From: the human T2T-CHM13v2.0 reference genome, Homo sapiens | Assembly: GCF_009914755.1 (NCBI RefSeq) | Contig: NC_060940.1 | Strand: one strand, 5' to 3' | DNA: 64,000 nucleotides | Shown here: positions 26,948-40,424 of the stretch, piece after piece | Position numbering within the stretch: position 1 is the stretch's first letter | Layout: each line of letters starts with the position of its first letter | Position numbers and translations under genes: made by a program | Notes under the pieces: generated by a model | The model's input: the letters and a program-made list of their open reading frames with translations, nothing else | The model's database searches: none | What the model was told of the DNA's origin: nothing

Positions 26948-28073
26948 AAAAGACAAATGCATAAAAATAACTATAAATATGTTAATGGGTACACAATATT
27001 TGAAGGTATAATTTGGGACATTAATGGCATAAAAGGGTAGTAAAGCTATAAAGGAATAGAGTGCTTGTATGTGATTTAAGTTAAATTAGTAGTAGATTAT
27101 CATAACTTTAGAATGTTATATAAGACATACAGAAAACAAATAGCAAAATGGCAAAAGTAAGTGTTTCCCTATCAGTAATTACTTCAAATGTAAATGAATT
27201 AAACTCCCCAGTCAAAAGACATAGATTGGAAGAAGAGGTGGGAAGTAGGATCCAACTGTATGCTGTCTATAAGAGATGCACTAAGGACAAAGATAGTTTG
27301 AAAGTGAAAGGCTGGAAAAAGATATTCCATAAAAATGGAGGTCAAAAGAGAGCAGGAGTAGCTATACTAATATCAGACAAAATATACTTTGAGTAAAAGC
27401 TGTTACAAGTGACAAATAAGAACTTTATATGATAATAAAATGGTCAATCCATAAGGAAGATACAACAATAAAAAACATATATGCACCAAACACCAGTGCT
27501 TCAAAATATATGAAGGTAACATTGACAAAATTGAAGGGAGAAATAGACAGCTCTACAATAATAGTAACAGATTTTAACATCCCACTTTCAAAAATGAATA
27601 AAGCAACCAGACAGAAGATCAATAAGAAAATGAAAGACTGAAACAACACTTTTGACCAAGTGGTCCTAATAGACATGTAGAGATCACTCCACCTAACAAC
27701 AGCTGAATACACACTTTTTTAAATAAACATGGATCATTTTCAGAATACCGCATATATTAGCCTGCAACACAAGTCTTAATAAACTTCAGAAGATTGAAAT
27801 TATACAAAGAATCTTCTGATCACAACAAAATGAAACTAGAAACCAACAGCAGAAGGAAAACTAGAAAAGTCACAAATATGTGGAAATTAAACAACACACT
27901 CTTAACCAATGAGTTAAAAAATAAAAAGAGAAATTAGAAAATACCTAAGATGAATGACAATGAAAACACAGCATAACAAAATTTATGGGATGCAGTGAGG
28001 GCAGTGCTAACAGGGTAAGTTACAGTTGTAAACACATTTAAAAAAAGAAGAACAATCTCAAATTAACAACCTA

Positions 28074-28365
28074 GGATGAGTGTGGTGGCTCACATCTGTA
28101 ATCCTAGCACTTTGGGAGGCCAAGGTGGAAGGATCACATGAGGCCAGTAGTTTGATACCAGCCTGGGAAACATAGTGAGACCATATCTCCAGAAAAAATA
28201 AAAATAAAAAATTAGGTAGGCATGGTGGCATGCACCTGCAGTCCTAGCTACTCAGGTGACTGAGCAAGAGGATTGCTTGAATCAAGAAGTTCAAGGCTGC
28301 AGTGAGCTAGGGTCATGACACTGCACTCTAGCCTAGCAAGACCCTATTTCTAAATAAATAAATAA
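28074..28365 (+). mobile_element. Alu (AluJ-like)
   Basis: Diverged dimer with (TAAA)n tail. Confidence 0.92.
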
Positions 28366-28448
28366 GAAAATGACCTAATTTACACTTTAAGAAACTAGAA
28401 AAAAAGGGAAAAAACACAAAGCTAGAAGAAAATAAATAATAAAGATTA

Positions 28449-28749
28449 GGCCAGACATGGTGGCTCACATCTGTCATCCCAGTACTTTGGGAGGCCAAGG
28501 CAGGCTGATTACCTGAGCTCAGAAGATCGAGATCAGCCTAGGTAACATGGCCAAACCCTGTCTCTACAAAAAAAAAATTATCCAGGTGTGGTGCCACATG
28601 CCTGTAGTTGCAGCTAATTGGGGGACTGAGGCAGGAGCATTGCTTGAACTCAGGAGGTAGGGATTGAAGTGAGCCAAGATTGTGCCACTGCACTCCAACT
28701 TGGGTGACAAAGTGAGACCCTGCCTCAAAAAAAAAAAAAAAAAAGAAAG
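28449..28749 (+). mobile_element. Alu
   Basis: Full dimer; TSD aaataataaagattag 28434-28449 / 28750-28765. Confidence 0.95.
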
Positions 28750-29865
28750 AAATAATAAAGATTAGAGCACAGATAAATAAGATAGAGAATAATAAAGCAA
28801 CAGAGAAAATAAATAAAACCAAAAAATAGAATTTTGAAAAGATCAATAAAATTGACAAACCTATAGATAAATTGACTAAGAAAAAAGAGAGAAGACTCAA
28901 ATAAATAAACAAAATGAGATATGCAAGAGGGGCCATTACTACCTATCTTAGAGAAATAAAAAGGAGTATAATAGTATTAAGAGCAATTTTACAACACCAA
29001 TCTGGATAACATAAATGAAATGGACAAATTCCTGGAACACACAACCTACAAAGACTAAATCATGAAGAAATAGAAAATCTGGATACATCCATAATTAGTA
29101 AGGAAATTGAATCATTAGTCAAAAACCTCCCAATAAAGGAAAGCCTAGTACCCAGAAGGTGTCTTCACTGGTGAATTCTACCAAACATTTAAAAAAGAAT
29201 TAACGCTAATCCTGCTCAAACTCTTCCAAAAATATGAGACGGAGGAACACTCTAACTCAATCTATGATGACAGCATTATCCTGATATCAAACCAGACTCT
29301 ACAAGAAAACTATAAAACACTATCCCTTATAAATATTGATTCAGAAGTCTTCAATAAAATACTAGAAAGCCAAATTCAAGAGCATATTAAAAAGATTAAA
29401 CACCATGACCAAATGGTTAGGCAAGGATGTTTCATCATATGAAAATCAATCAGTATAATACACCACATTGAGAGAATGAAGAGAAACAAACATATAATTA
29501 TCTCAATTGATGTAGAAATAACACAAATTGACAAATTGTGTTGACAAATTCAACACGCTTTTATGATAAAATGCTCAACAAACTAGGATTAGAAGGAAAC
29601 ATCCTCAACATTATAAAGGTCAAATATGAAAAACTCACAAACAGCAATATACTCACTGGTGTAAGACTAACAGCTTTTCCTCTAAGATCAGGAACAAGAC
29701 AAGGAGGCCCACTATCACAGCTTCTATTAAGCATAGTAGTGAAAATCCTAGCCAGAGGAATTAGGCAAAAAAGAAATAAAAAATATCCAAAATGAAAAGA
29801 AAGAAATAAAATTTTCTCTGTTTACAAACAACATGATCTTATATGTGGGAAACCCTAAAGTTTCC

Positions 29866-30783
29866 TTTTTTTAAAAAAAAAACTTCAAGTTCTGGGATAT
29901 ATGTGCAGAACGTACAGATTTGTTACATAGATATACATGTGCCATGGTGGTTTGCTGCACCTATCAACCCATCATCTAGGTTTTAAGCCCTGCATGCATT
30001 AGATATTTGTCCTAATGCTCTCCCTTCCCTTGTTCCCCAGCCCCCAACAGGTTCTGGTGTGTGATGTTCCTCTCCCATGTGTTCTCATTGTTCAAATCCC
30101 ACTTATGAATGAGAACATGCGGTGTTTGGTTTTCCGTTTCTTGCTGGGAATAATGGCTTCTATCTTCATCCATGTCCCTGCAAAGGACATGAACTCATTC
30201 TTTTTTATGGCTGCATAGTATTCCATGGTGTATATGTGCCACATTTTCTTTATCCAGTCTATCATTGATGGGCATTTGGGTTGGTTCCAACTCTTTGCTA
30301 TTGTAAATAGTGCTGCAATAAACATACGCGTGCATGCCTTTATAATAGAATGATTTATAATCCTTTGGGTATATACCTAGTAATGAGATTGCTGGGTCAA
30401 ATGGTATTTCTGGTTCTAGATTCTTGAGGAATCGCCAAACTGTCTTTCACAATGGTTGAACTAATTTACACTCCCATCAACAGTGTAAAAGTGTTCTTAT
30501 TTTTCCACAGCATCTGTAGTTCCCTGACTTTTTAATAATCGCCCTTCTAACTGGCGTGAGATGGTATCTCATAGTGGTTTTTATTTGCATTTCTCTAATG
30601 ACCAGTGATGAGCTTTTTTTCATATGTTTGTTGGCTGAATAAATGTCTTATTTTGAGAAGTATCTGTTCATATCCTTCGCCCACTTAGTGAACAGGCAAC
30701 CTACAGAATGGGAGAAAATTTTTGCAATCTACCCATCTGACAAAGGTCTAATATCCAGAATCTACAAGGAACTTAAACAAATT
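29866..30783 (-). mobile_element. L1PA 3' fragment with 5' inversion
   Basis: Minus-strand 3' end 29866-30686 followed by + strand segment 30687-30783; TSD taaagtttcc 29856-29865 / 30784-30793. Confidence 0.9.
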
Positions 30784-30810
30784 TAAAGTTTCCACTTAAA
30801 AAAAAAAAAA

Positions 30811-31187
30811 AGCCGGGTGTATTGGTTCATTCCAGCAACTCAGGAGGCTGAGGCACAAGGATAACTTAAGACCAGGAGTTCAAGACCAACCTGGGCAACA
30901 TAGCAAGGCCAGGCACAGTGGCTCACGCCTGTAATCCCAGTATTCTGGGAGGCCAAGGACAGTGGATCACCTGAGGTCAGGAGTTTAAGACCAGCCTGGT
31001 CAACATGGTGAAACCCCATCTCTACAAAAAATACAAAAAGTAGTCAGGCGTGGTGGTGCATGCCTATAATCCCAGCTACTCAGGAGAATTGCTTGAACCC
31101 AGGAGGCAGAGGTTGTGGTGAGCTGGGGTCACGCCACTGCACTCAGCCTGGGCAACAGAGTGAGACTCCGTCAAAAAAAAAAAAAAA
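30811..31187 (+). mobile_element. Partial Alu monomer followed by AluS (30907-31187)
   Basis: Monomer stops at ctgggcaacatagcaa, then ggccaggcacagtggctcacgcc begins. Confidence 0.9.
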
Positions 31188-31520
31188 TTCAGCAAAGTTC
31201 CAGAATACAAAATCAACGTGCAAAAAGCACTTATGTTTCTACACCACTAATAACGAGCAATCTGAAAAAGGAAACTAGTAAAACAATTCTATTTACAATA
31301 GGAGCAAAAAGAATAGAATAAGAAATAAACTTAGCTGAGGAGGCAAAAGACTTGAACGGTGCTGTAAAACATTTCTGAAGAAAGCTAAAGAAGGCACAAA
31401 CATTTCTGTCTTTAACTTCTTTCAGCAATGTTTTGCCCAGAAATAAACTTTCATATATATGGTCAAATTATCTTCGACAGGGGTGCTAAGACCATTCAAT
31501 GGGGAAAGAACAGTCTTTTC

Positions 31521-31822
31521 TTTTTTATATACAATTTTAACTTTTATTTTAGGTTCATGGGGTACACGTGCAGGTTTGTTACATGGGTATATTGTGTGAC
31601 ACTGAAGTTTGGGGTGCAAATGATCCCATCACCCAGGTAGTGAGCATAGTACCCAATAGGTCGTTTTTCAGCCCTTGTCCCCATGTTACAGTCCTTCTCT
31701 TATGATCCCCAGTGTCTCCTTCTCTTATAGTCCCCAATGTCTATTGTTCCCATCTTTATAGTCATGTGTGCCCAATGCTTAGCTCCTACTTATAAATGAG
31801 AACACACAGTATTTGGTTTTCC
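31521..31822 (-). mobile_element. Short L1PA/PB 3' end
   Basis: TSD agaacagtcttttc 31507-31520 / 31823-31836. Confidence 0.92.
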
Positions 31823-33221
31823 AGAACAGTCTTTTCAACAAATGATTTTGGAAACATCCACATGAAAAAAAAATGAAGTTAGACCCTGACTTTATACAAT
31901 ATACAAAAGTTACCTCAAAATGGATGAAAGCTCCAATTGTAAGAATTAAAGCTTTTAGAAGAAAACATAGGAAAAAGCTTCATTGCATTGGCATTGGCAA
32001 GTATTTCTCAGGTATGACACAAAAACTACAAGTAACAAAAGAAAAAAGAGAAAAGTTGGACTTCACTTAAATTAAAAACTTTGTGTGTCAAAGGGCACTA
32101 TCAACAGAGTGCAAAGGCAATTCATAGAAGGGGAGAAAATATTTGCAAATCACATATCTGTAAGTGATTGATATCCAGAATATCTAAGAACACCTACAAC
32201 TCAACAACAAAAAATCAACCCAATTAAAAAATGGGCAAAGTACTTGAATAAATATTTCTCCAAAGAAGATATACAAATAGCCAGCAAGCACATGAAAAGC
32301 TGCTCAACATCACAAGTCATTAGAGAAATGCAAATCAAAACCATAATAGGATACCATTTCAACTCATTGGATAGCTATCATAAAAAAAATTTTAATGGAA
32401 AATAATTAGTGTTGACAGGCATGTGGAAAAATGGAAGCCTTTGTGCATTGCTGGTGGAAAGCAAAATGGTGCAGCCACTGTGGAAAACAGCATGGTGGTT
32501 CCTCGAAAAAAGTAAACATAGAATTATCATATGATCCAGCAATCCCACTTCTAATATATAACCGAAAGAATTGAAACAGGGATATGAACAGATATTTGTA
32601 TGCCCATGTTCATAGCAGCAGTATTTACTACAGCCAAAAGGTGAAAGCAACCCGAGAATTCATAGACAGATGAATGAATAAACAAAATGTGGTGTATACA
32701 CACTACGAAATGTTACTCAGCCTTACAAAGGAAGAAAATTCTGACACATGCTACAACATGAACCTTGTTAAGTGAAATAAGCCAGTAACAAAAGGATAAA
32801 GATCGTAAATGTTTACTTATATGTGGTTCCTAGCGTAGTCAAATTCTTAAAGACAGAAAGTAGAATGGAGGTTGCCAGGGGCTGGAGAAAGGAAAGTAGA
32901 GTTATTGCTTCATGGTTACAGAGTTTCAGAAGGGAAGGATGAATTCTGGAGATAGATGGGGATGATGATTGCATAACATGGGATTGTACATGCCACAAAA
33001 TGTCACAAAACTCTACATTTAAAATGGTGAAAATGATAAATTTTAGGTTATGTGTAATTTGCTACAATAAAAAAGTATTTATTGATTACATTCTTTTTTG
33101 AAACATTTTCAACATTGTACCCAGATTTTTACTTCCCGATCACAGTGACCATTCCCATATTTTGCTCACTGCATCTCCTCTTGAGTTAGATTCTGTTTAA
33201 TTTGCACTCTATTGGTATTTC

Positions 33222-34354
33222 TTTTTTTATTTTTAATTTTTGTGGATACATAGTAGGTGTATATATTCATGGGGTATATGAGATATTTTGATACAGACAT
33301 ACAATGCATAATAATCACATCAAGGTAAATGGCATATCCGCCCCATCAAGCATTCACCCTTTGTGTTACAAACAATCCAATTGCACTCTTTTAGTTATTT
33401 TAAAATGTACAGTAAATTATTCTTGACTGTAGTCACCCTGTTGTGCTGTCAAATACTAGATCTCATTCATTCTATCTAACTATATTTTGTACCCACTAAC
33501 CATCTCCCCAATCCCGAACCCAATACCCTTCCCAGCCTCTGTTAGCCATCCTTCTACTCTCTATCTCTGTGAATTCAAATGTTTTAAATTTTAGCCCCCA
33601 CAAGTAAGTGAGAATATGTGAAATTTGTCTTTCTCTGCATGGCTTATTTCACTTAACATAATGACCTCTAGTTCCATCCATGTTGTCGCAAATGATACGA
33701 TCTCATTCTTTTTGACAACTGAATAGTACTCTATTGTGTATATGTACCACATTTCTTTATCCATTCCTCTATTGATGGACACTTAGGTTGTTTCTAATTC
33801 TTGGCAATTGTGAATAGTGCTGCAAACATGGGAGTGCAGATATTCCTTTGATGTATGGATTTCCTTTCTTTTGGGTATATATTAGCAGTGGAATTGCTGG
33901 ATCATATGGTAGTTCTATTTTTAGCTTTTTGGGAATCTCCAAACTGTTCTCTGCAGTGATTGTACTAATTTACATTCCCACCAACAGTGTATGAGGGTTC
34001 CCTTTCCTCCACATCTTTGCCAGCATTTGTTATTGCCTGCCTTTTGGATAAAAGCCATTTCGACTGGGGTAAGATGATATCTCATTGTAGTTTTCATTTG
34101 CTTTTTTCTGATGATCAGTGATGTTGAGCACCTTTTCATATACCTGATTGCCATTTGTATGTCTTCTTTTGAGAAATGTCTGTTCAGATCTTTGGACCAT
34201 TTTTAATGAGATTATTAGATTTGTTTATGGAATTGTTTAAAGCTCCTTGTATATTCTGGCTATTAATGTCCTGTTGAATGGATAGTTTCCAAATATTTTC
34301 TCCCACTCTGTGGGTCGTCTCTTCATTTTGTTGATTGTGTCCTTTGTTGTGCAG
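33222..34354 (-). mobile_element. L1MA 3' region
   Basis: 3'UTR signature plus ORF2 C-terminal peptides in ORF track ([19 protein letters not shown]). Confidence 0.92.
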
Positions 34355-35749
34355 AATCTATGTAATAGATAAGTATTTCTTAAATAGAGGTCTATGGATT
34401 CCTGAAGGGGGCTGTAGATATACTCAGCCCTCACATATCCCTATGATATTTTAAGTTGTGTTTTATAAGTATTTGTAAATAGTAAGCATTTTACATCTGA
34501 CTTACCTGGATATCCACTTTTGACCTAATTCTCCCCACAGAATTTCTGTGCCTGAGCTGATGTTTGGGCACTGTTAGTAGTGATCTATCAAAGAAAGAAT
34601 AAAGGCAGACTGCTTCACCAAAAGACGCTTTCAACATGAAGGCCAGTGGGGACATGGCAAGCTGTGAGGTGAAAGTTCCACAGTAGTTAGGACGGAGACA
34701 TGTTGTGTGGGAACCAAGTCATTACTCAGCCCCCACGAATGAAAGAACCCCAATCTGAAAAAAAAAACTAGAGCATGGCAGTGTGGCCCAGATTCATTCT
34801 GTATGTTACAGTGTGGTTTCTGCAAAACTATTTTCTATCATCTTAAATTAACATTGTTAATTACATGCCTTAATTCATAGCTTTTTTTAAATGTGAAAAT
34901 CTATTTTGGGTTTATATGAATGAAAGCCATAAACTTAAGGAGTCTATAAAACAATGTAATATTTATATTTGTTTATACTTATCTAGGTAATGTTATAATA
35001 AAACCATTTTTAATTTTTTAAATGATGTAAAAGGACATATGAAGATTTTGCAACTTGCACAGAAACCAGTGGACAGTGAGTGATTCAGATACAATATTTA
35101 TAATTGCATTATTAGATTTGAAACTCCTTTAAATTTGAAGAGTCTGGATTTAACTGACAAGGAAACATGTGAGAAGCAATGGAAATGGATTGTAAATGTC
35201 AGCATCATGTTTGATCATACCAAGGTGACCTTAAAATGCCATCTTATCCACTTTAATTTAACAAGGCTGATTTCCTAAAATATCAAATATTTGATATAAC
35301 CAAGAATATATATTGAACTACTGGAACAAATAGCTAGAAGATATTTCAGTTGTCCCACTTGAAAAAAGCAAAATGTAGGCAAACTCTTCTCAACATTGGT
35401 GGTGGAGAAGGAGGTGGGGCAGTCCTCCTTAAGTGGGAAGTTTTATCTTTCCTCTTCATTGAAAGCAGGGAAAGCCAACCTTACCCAGACGCAAAGAATG
35501 TTTTCTTTTACAGGATTTAATCTAAGCAGCCCTGTTAGCCGCAAGTGCCTACCATCAGCATGTCATTCCTTTATTCAGACATCACAGCTCTTCCTTTTTT
35601 AAATGCAGTTTCCCTGGGAAGAACTAACACGTTAAATTCCCAAAATCTTAATGGAAAAGCACTAATCAAATTGCTTTCTTCCCTGAAAAGATAGGCTAGA
35701 TATATAAAAGATAAAAGGAAGGAGCTAAAAATAAATAAATAAAAATTGT

Positions 35750-35980
35750 TTAATTGCCATTTATTAAAAGCTAATTCCTTACTAGACACTGTAGGGGCTT
35801 TATGTGCTATCTCTAATTCCTACAACTCTTTCAGGAAGGTTTTATTTGCCCATTTCACAAATGAGGAAACTAAAGTGGAGAATTAAAATAACTTGCCCAG
35901 TCATACAGCTACTAAGAGGAGGAGCCAGGATTTGAACCCATATCTGACTCCAAATCCTGCATTCTTTCCCCTACACCTTC
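35750..35980 (-). mobile_element. MIR
   Basis: cccatttcacaaatgaggaaactaaag...aacttgcccagtcatacagct...ggatttgaaccca. Confidence 0.85.
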
Positions 35981-37218
35981 AGCACTGAAGATAAATTCCT
36001 TCTGTATTATGGTTTTGCTGAGAAAGAAAATCCCAGTTGGGACACCAATCCTGATCACCTGGACTTCGTCCCAAAAAGTATGTCTGAAATGGACCTCAAT
36101 GAGGAGAAAATAGTAAGCTCACCAATCCTGTATCCTTTGTATCTTTAAGGGTGACACTACCCTATCCTGTTGTTTATTGTTTTATTGTTTTTTGTTTACT
36201 ATCTCAGCTGGCAGAGCTGGACAAAGGGAGCAGTTTTCACTTGGCCTTCCCCATACAATAGCTCCTACCCCACAGTTTAAGGACTCACCTACTGAGCATA
36301 TCAGTCCTAATTATACATCTCGGGACCAGGAAAATAACCACTGCATGAGGGGCAGGGGTCTGCAGATGCAGTGGGCTCCACTTATTACCTGGTCATCATA
36401 TACCCCCAGTCTAGAAGGAGGATCAAGGTGACACTATAGATCTCTGGGTGACAACATCCACTTGGACACTAAGGTCAACATTCCTCATAATGTTTGGGTC
36501 CCCTCTTTCCCCAATGTACAGTCACCCTAGTTAGTGGCTGTAGGCCCATTTGGAGAAGGAGTGGGAGAATCATTTGCATGTATACCTGCCATAGTGTTGC
36601 AGAGTCTTTTCTTGGAAACCTGACCTGTCCTTCAGTTAGTGCATTCTGAATCTAAAAACTGGCTCAGATCTGAAATCCTTATAATAATATAATAATAATA
36701 AGCAAGAAATCCTTATTGTTTTTTATTGAAGTCCTCCCTGAGCCTTCTTCTGGTCATCCATTCATGATTTCTTCTGGCGGTACAAGCTGAATAGTGCTTA
36801 TGTTGGCTCCGTATCTGCTTTGCCTCCAGGGATGCCAGGTTTTATGAACAGTCTCCCTAACTCTCAGAGGTCCTATACTCCAACTCCTGCCAATACTTCA
36901 ACCTGGTAGTCACAATGATCATTGCATTCACCCGACACTTAGCAATAGTCACCTAACTCCATTGTTCTCGTAGTTCTCCCTTTCTCCACTCTTCTCAAAA
37001 ACCTGATGCATGACACTGAGTAATGCATTCCTTTCCACTCCATCCCACTTCTTCATTGGTAAGAGTTTTAATAACCAACCCTACCACCTTGTGCCACAGG
37101 CTGGCTGTGCTCCACCAACGACTAGTGATAAAATCCTCATTGCCAGCCAGATGGCAAGCGATCCAACTCCCATGCCCTATCTTATTGCCTGCCTTATCAA
37201 ACCACTCCTAGCACCATC

Positions 37219-37595
37219 TGTCACAGGTTGGGTTCTCTGGAAGCAAATGCTGGAACAGAGTTTGACGTGCAGAAATAATTCATGCAGGATGAACCCCTGT
37301 GGAAAGGAGGAGGAGGAAGTAGAGTGGGGCACAGGGAGAAGTTGAATTGCAATGCAGGCTCATTAAAACTTGGCCAATATATAGCACTATGACCAGTAGA
37401 ATTATATCGCAGGGGAACCAAAGTAGCCAGGCCTTTTTCCCCTGCCATGATCAGTCGCTGGATGTTGGCCACCTCAGGAAGGGTGTGTCATTGGGCAAGA
37501 AGGCTTTCTGCAGCTTAGGCAAACCCTGAAGAAGCTGGGAGCAGAAGGCTGTCTATAGACAGTATTCCCAGCACCTCCTGAAAAAAGTTCTTCCT
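37219..37595. mobile_element. ERVL-class LTR (LTR40/41-like)
   Basis: tgtcacaggttgggttctctggaagcaaatgctgg...gggagaagttgaattgcaatgcagg; subfamily uncertain. Confidence 0.55.
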
Positions 37596-38768
37596 TCAAA
37601 AATATTTGACTGATGTATCTTTGTGTGCATCACAAACATGCTACAAAGCAAAAGACAACTACTGCATGTAACATTATAGTCAAATATAATACTGAATAGA
37701 AGCAGCCAGACCGAAATGAATATATACCATAAGATTCCATAAGGTTCAGAACTCAGGCAAAACTGATTGAAATGTTGGAATTCAGAATAGCCTTCTCTTT
37801 CAAAAGGGCATGTGGACTGGAGGGAGTCCAAGGGAGCTTTCTGGGGTGTTGGTCCTGCTTCACTACTTAATCTCATACTGGTTGCATAGGTGTATTCACT
37901 TTGTAAAAATGCATCAAGCTCTCCAGATACAAGTTGTACCCTTTTTAAATATTCATATTGTATTTCAATAAAGTGTATTTATCAAGAAATAAAATGAAAG
38001 ACTAAACATTATATTTCAAGGCATAGAAAAATATATAATAATTTCAAAACCATGATGTTTTTTATTGCCAAAGTATAAATGTTGGGTTTTTTTTAACATT
38101 TTAAGAAAATAATAGTATTGCTCATATGTGAATATTGCAAAAATATTTTTTTTAATTTATTAAATACTGAGATATTGCAAAAACCTTGACGGTGGTCCTT
38201 GAAAGACTGAAGTTGTTGGACAGACTTTAAGCAAAATGTAACATATTGCCTTTCCAGAATTCTCCTCTTAATGGTGTGGATGATTCCAACATGCAGCCAT
38301 GCTCTGTTAAAAGCACTTCAGGTTAGAAGATGTGTGTCTGATTCCTAATTCTGTTTGTCACTTAAAACTGGATGTCATGTGATCTCAGATCATCTCTTTT
38401 GTGAAGGAAATACAAAGCAAAATATCAGGACTGTCAGATCAATCCATTGAACATTCTCTTCCTTTTATGGTTTTGATTTTTGCAAACCCCTCATAGCAAA
38501 ACCGTTTCTTCCGAATCTTTATATCTGTTGGTCTCTCTGTCCATTTCTGAATGTCATGGGGAGATATGCAAAATGTGAAGAGAAAAATATTCACTTCAAA
38601 CATCCTATTTTATTTTTACTGTTTCCGGGAAAAAGAGTGTTCAGAGGCTCCAAGAGAGAACACAGGGACCAACAGACTGTGCACTTTGGCTGAAGTCCCT
38701 AAGACACACACACACCCCTTATTCCCCAAGTCTTTGGTAATTGAATTTGACCAAGATAACTTCACCTA

Positions 38769-39050
38769 GGCTCGGCACAGTGGTTCACGCCTGTAATTCC
38801 AGCTGTTTGGAAGGCCAAGGTGAGAGGATCGCTTGAGATCAGGAGTTTCAGACCAGCCTGGGCAACATAGTGAGACCCTTTCTCTACCAAAAAAAATAAA
38901 TTAGGCATGGTGGTGCATGCCTGTTGTCCCAGCCACTGGGGATGCTGAGGCAGGAGGATAACTTGAGCCCAGGAGTCCAAGGTTACAGTGAGTTACGATT
39001 GAGTGGCTGTGCTCCAGCCTGGGCAACAGAGTGAAACCCTGTCTCAAAAA
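38769..39050 (+). mobile_element. Alu (AluJ-like)
   Basis: Full diverged dimer. Confidence 0.95.
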
Positions 39051-39059
39051 ACGAAGTAA

Positions 39060-39265
39060 AGACTCTCAAATCCGACAACTCTGGATCTGATCCCCAGCTC
39101 TGCCATTTACAAGCTGTATGGCTTTGAGCAAGATGTTCAAATTCCACACCTCAGTTTCCTCATCTATAAAAGTGAAACAATAACAATATCTACCTCAGAG
39201 GGTTGTTGTGAGATATAACAAAGATAATGCAGACAAAACGTTTAGTGAAGTACTTGCAAATAATG
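39060..39265 (+). mobile_element. MIR
   Basis: ccagctctgccatttacaagctgt...cctcagtttcctcatctataaaa. Confidence 0.85.
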
Positions 39266-39267
39266 AC

Positions 39268-39845
<578 letters not shown>

Positions 39846-40424
39846 TGGCATGCAATAAATATGTCTGAGCTCCCCAATATGTTCCAGGCACTTATGAACC
39901 ACCAGGGATATGATAATGAGTGGTTATAATAAATGCAGTTCTTGCCCCCATGAGATGCATTTCTCATAACCTCTAATACAATAGGGAGTGCTGCATATGC
40001 AAAGTAAGAGAGAGACTGGCTGCAAGTCATTCAACATGCTGAACCATAATACAGGTGAAAGAGTAGCAGAAGATGAAGACAGAAGGCAGCGGCCAGATCC
40101 CAAGCAAGCTTGCAGATTATGCTAAGAGGCTTCTATCCTGCAGGCCAAAGAGAGTCATTGAAATGTTTTAGGGAAACTAATTAGATGGTTTTGAAAGTTT
40201 ATTCTATGCTGTAGAGGATACGTTGAATGTGGTTAGAACCAGAGGTAGGGGTACCACTTATTATCTTGCAAGAAATGATAAAGACCTAGATCAGCAAGTG
40301 GCAGTGATGATTTAGGGAAAGAGAAAGATAATTAGATGGACATACAGGAAGAATGGGCAGGATTTGCAATAGCTTGAATGTGGGGCCGGGGGGCTTAAAT
40401 AAAGGAGGTTCAATAATTAATCTT

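Larger units (their letters stand above)
26948..33075 (+). mobile_element. L1MB-type element (inter-ORF region, ORF2, 3'UTR) with nested Alus and L1PAs
   Basis: EN remnants (SVITSNVNELNSPVKRHRL, AGVAILISDK, NIYAPN), RT remnants (AFPLRSGTRQG), L1MB-type 3'UTR ending ctacaataaaaaa. Confidence 0.9.

Noticed and set aside
34495-34680. Possible exon (branch-like ctaat plus ttctccccacag acceptor at 34540; minus-strand donor-like acttacct at ~34500)
   Set aside because: Isolated splice-like motifs with no strong partner site or coding signal; not supportable without transcript data.
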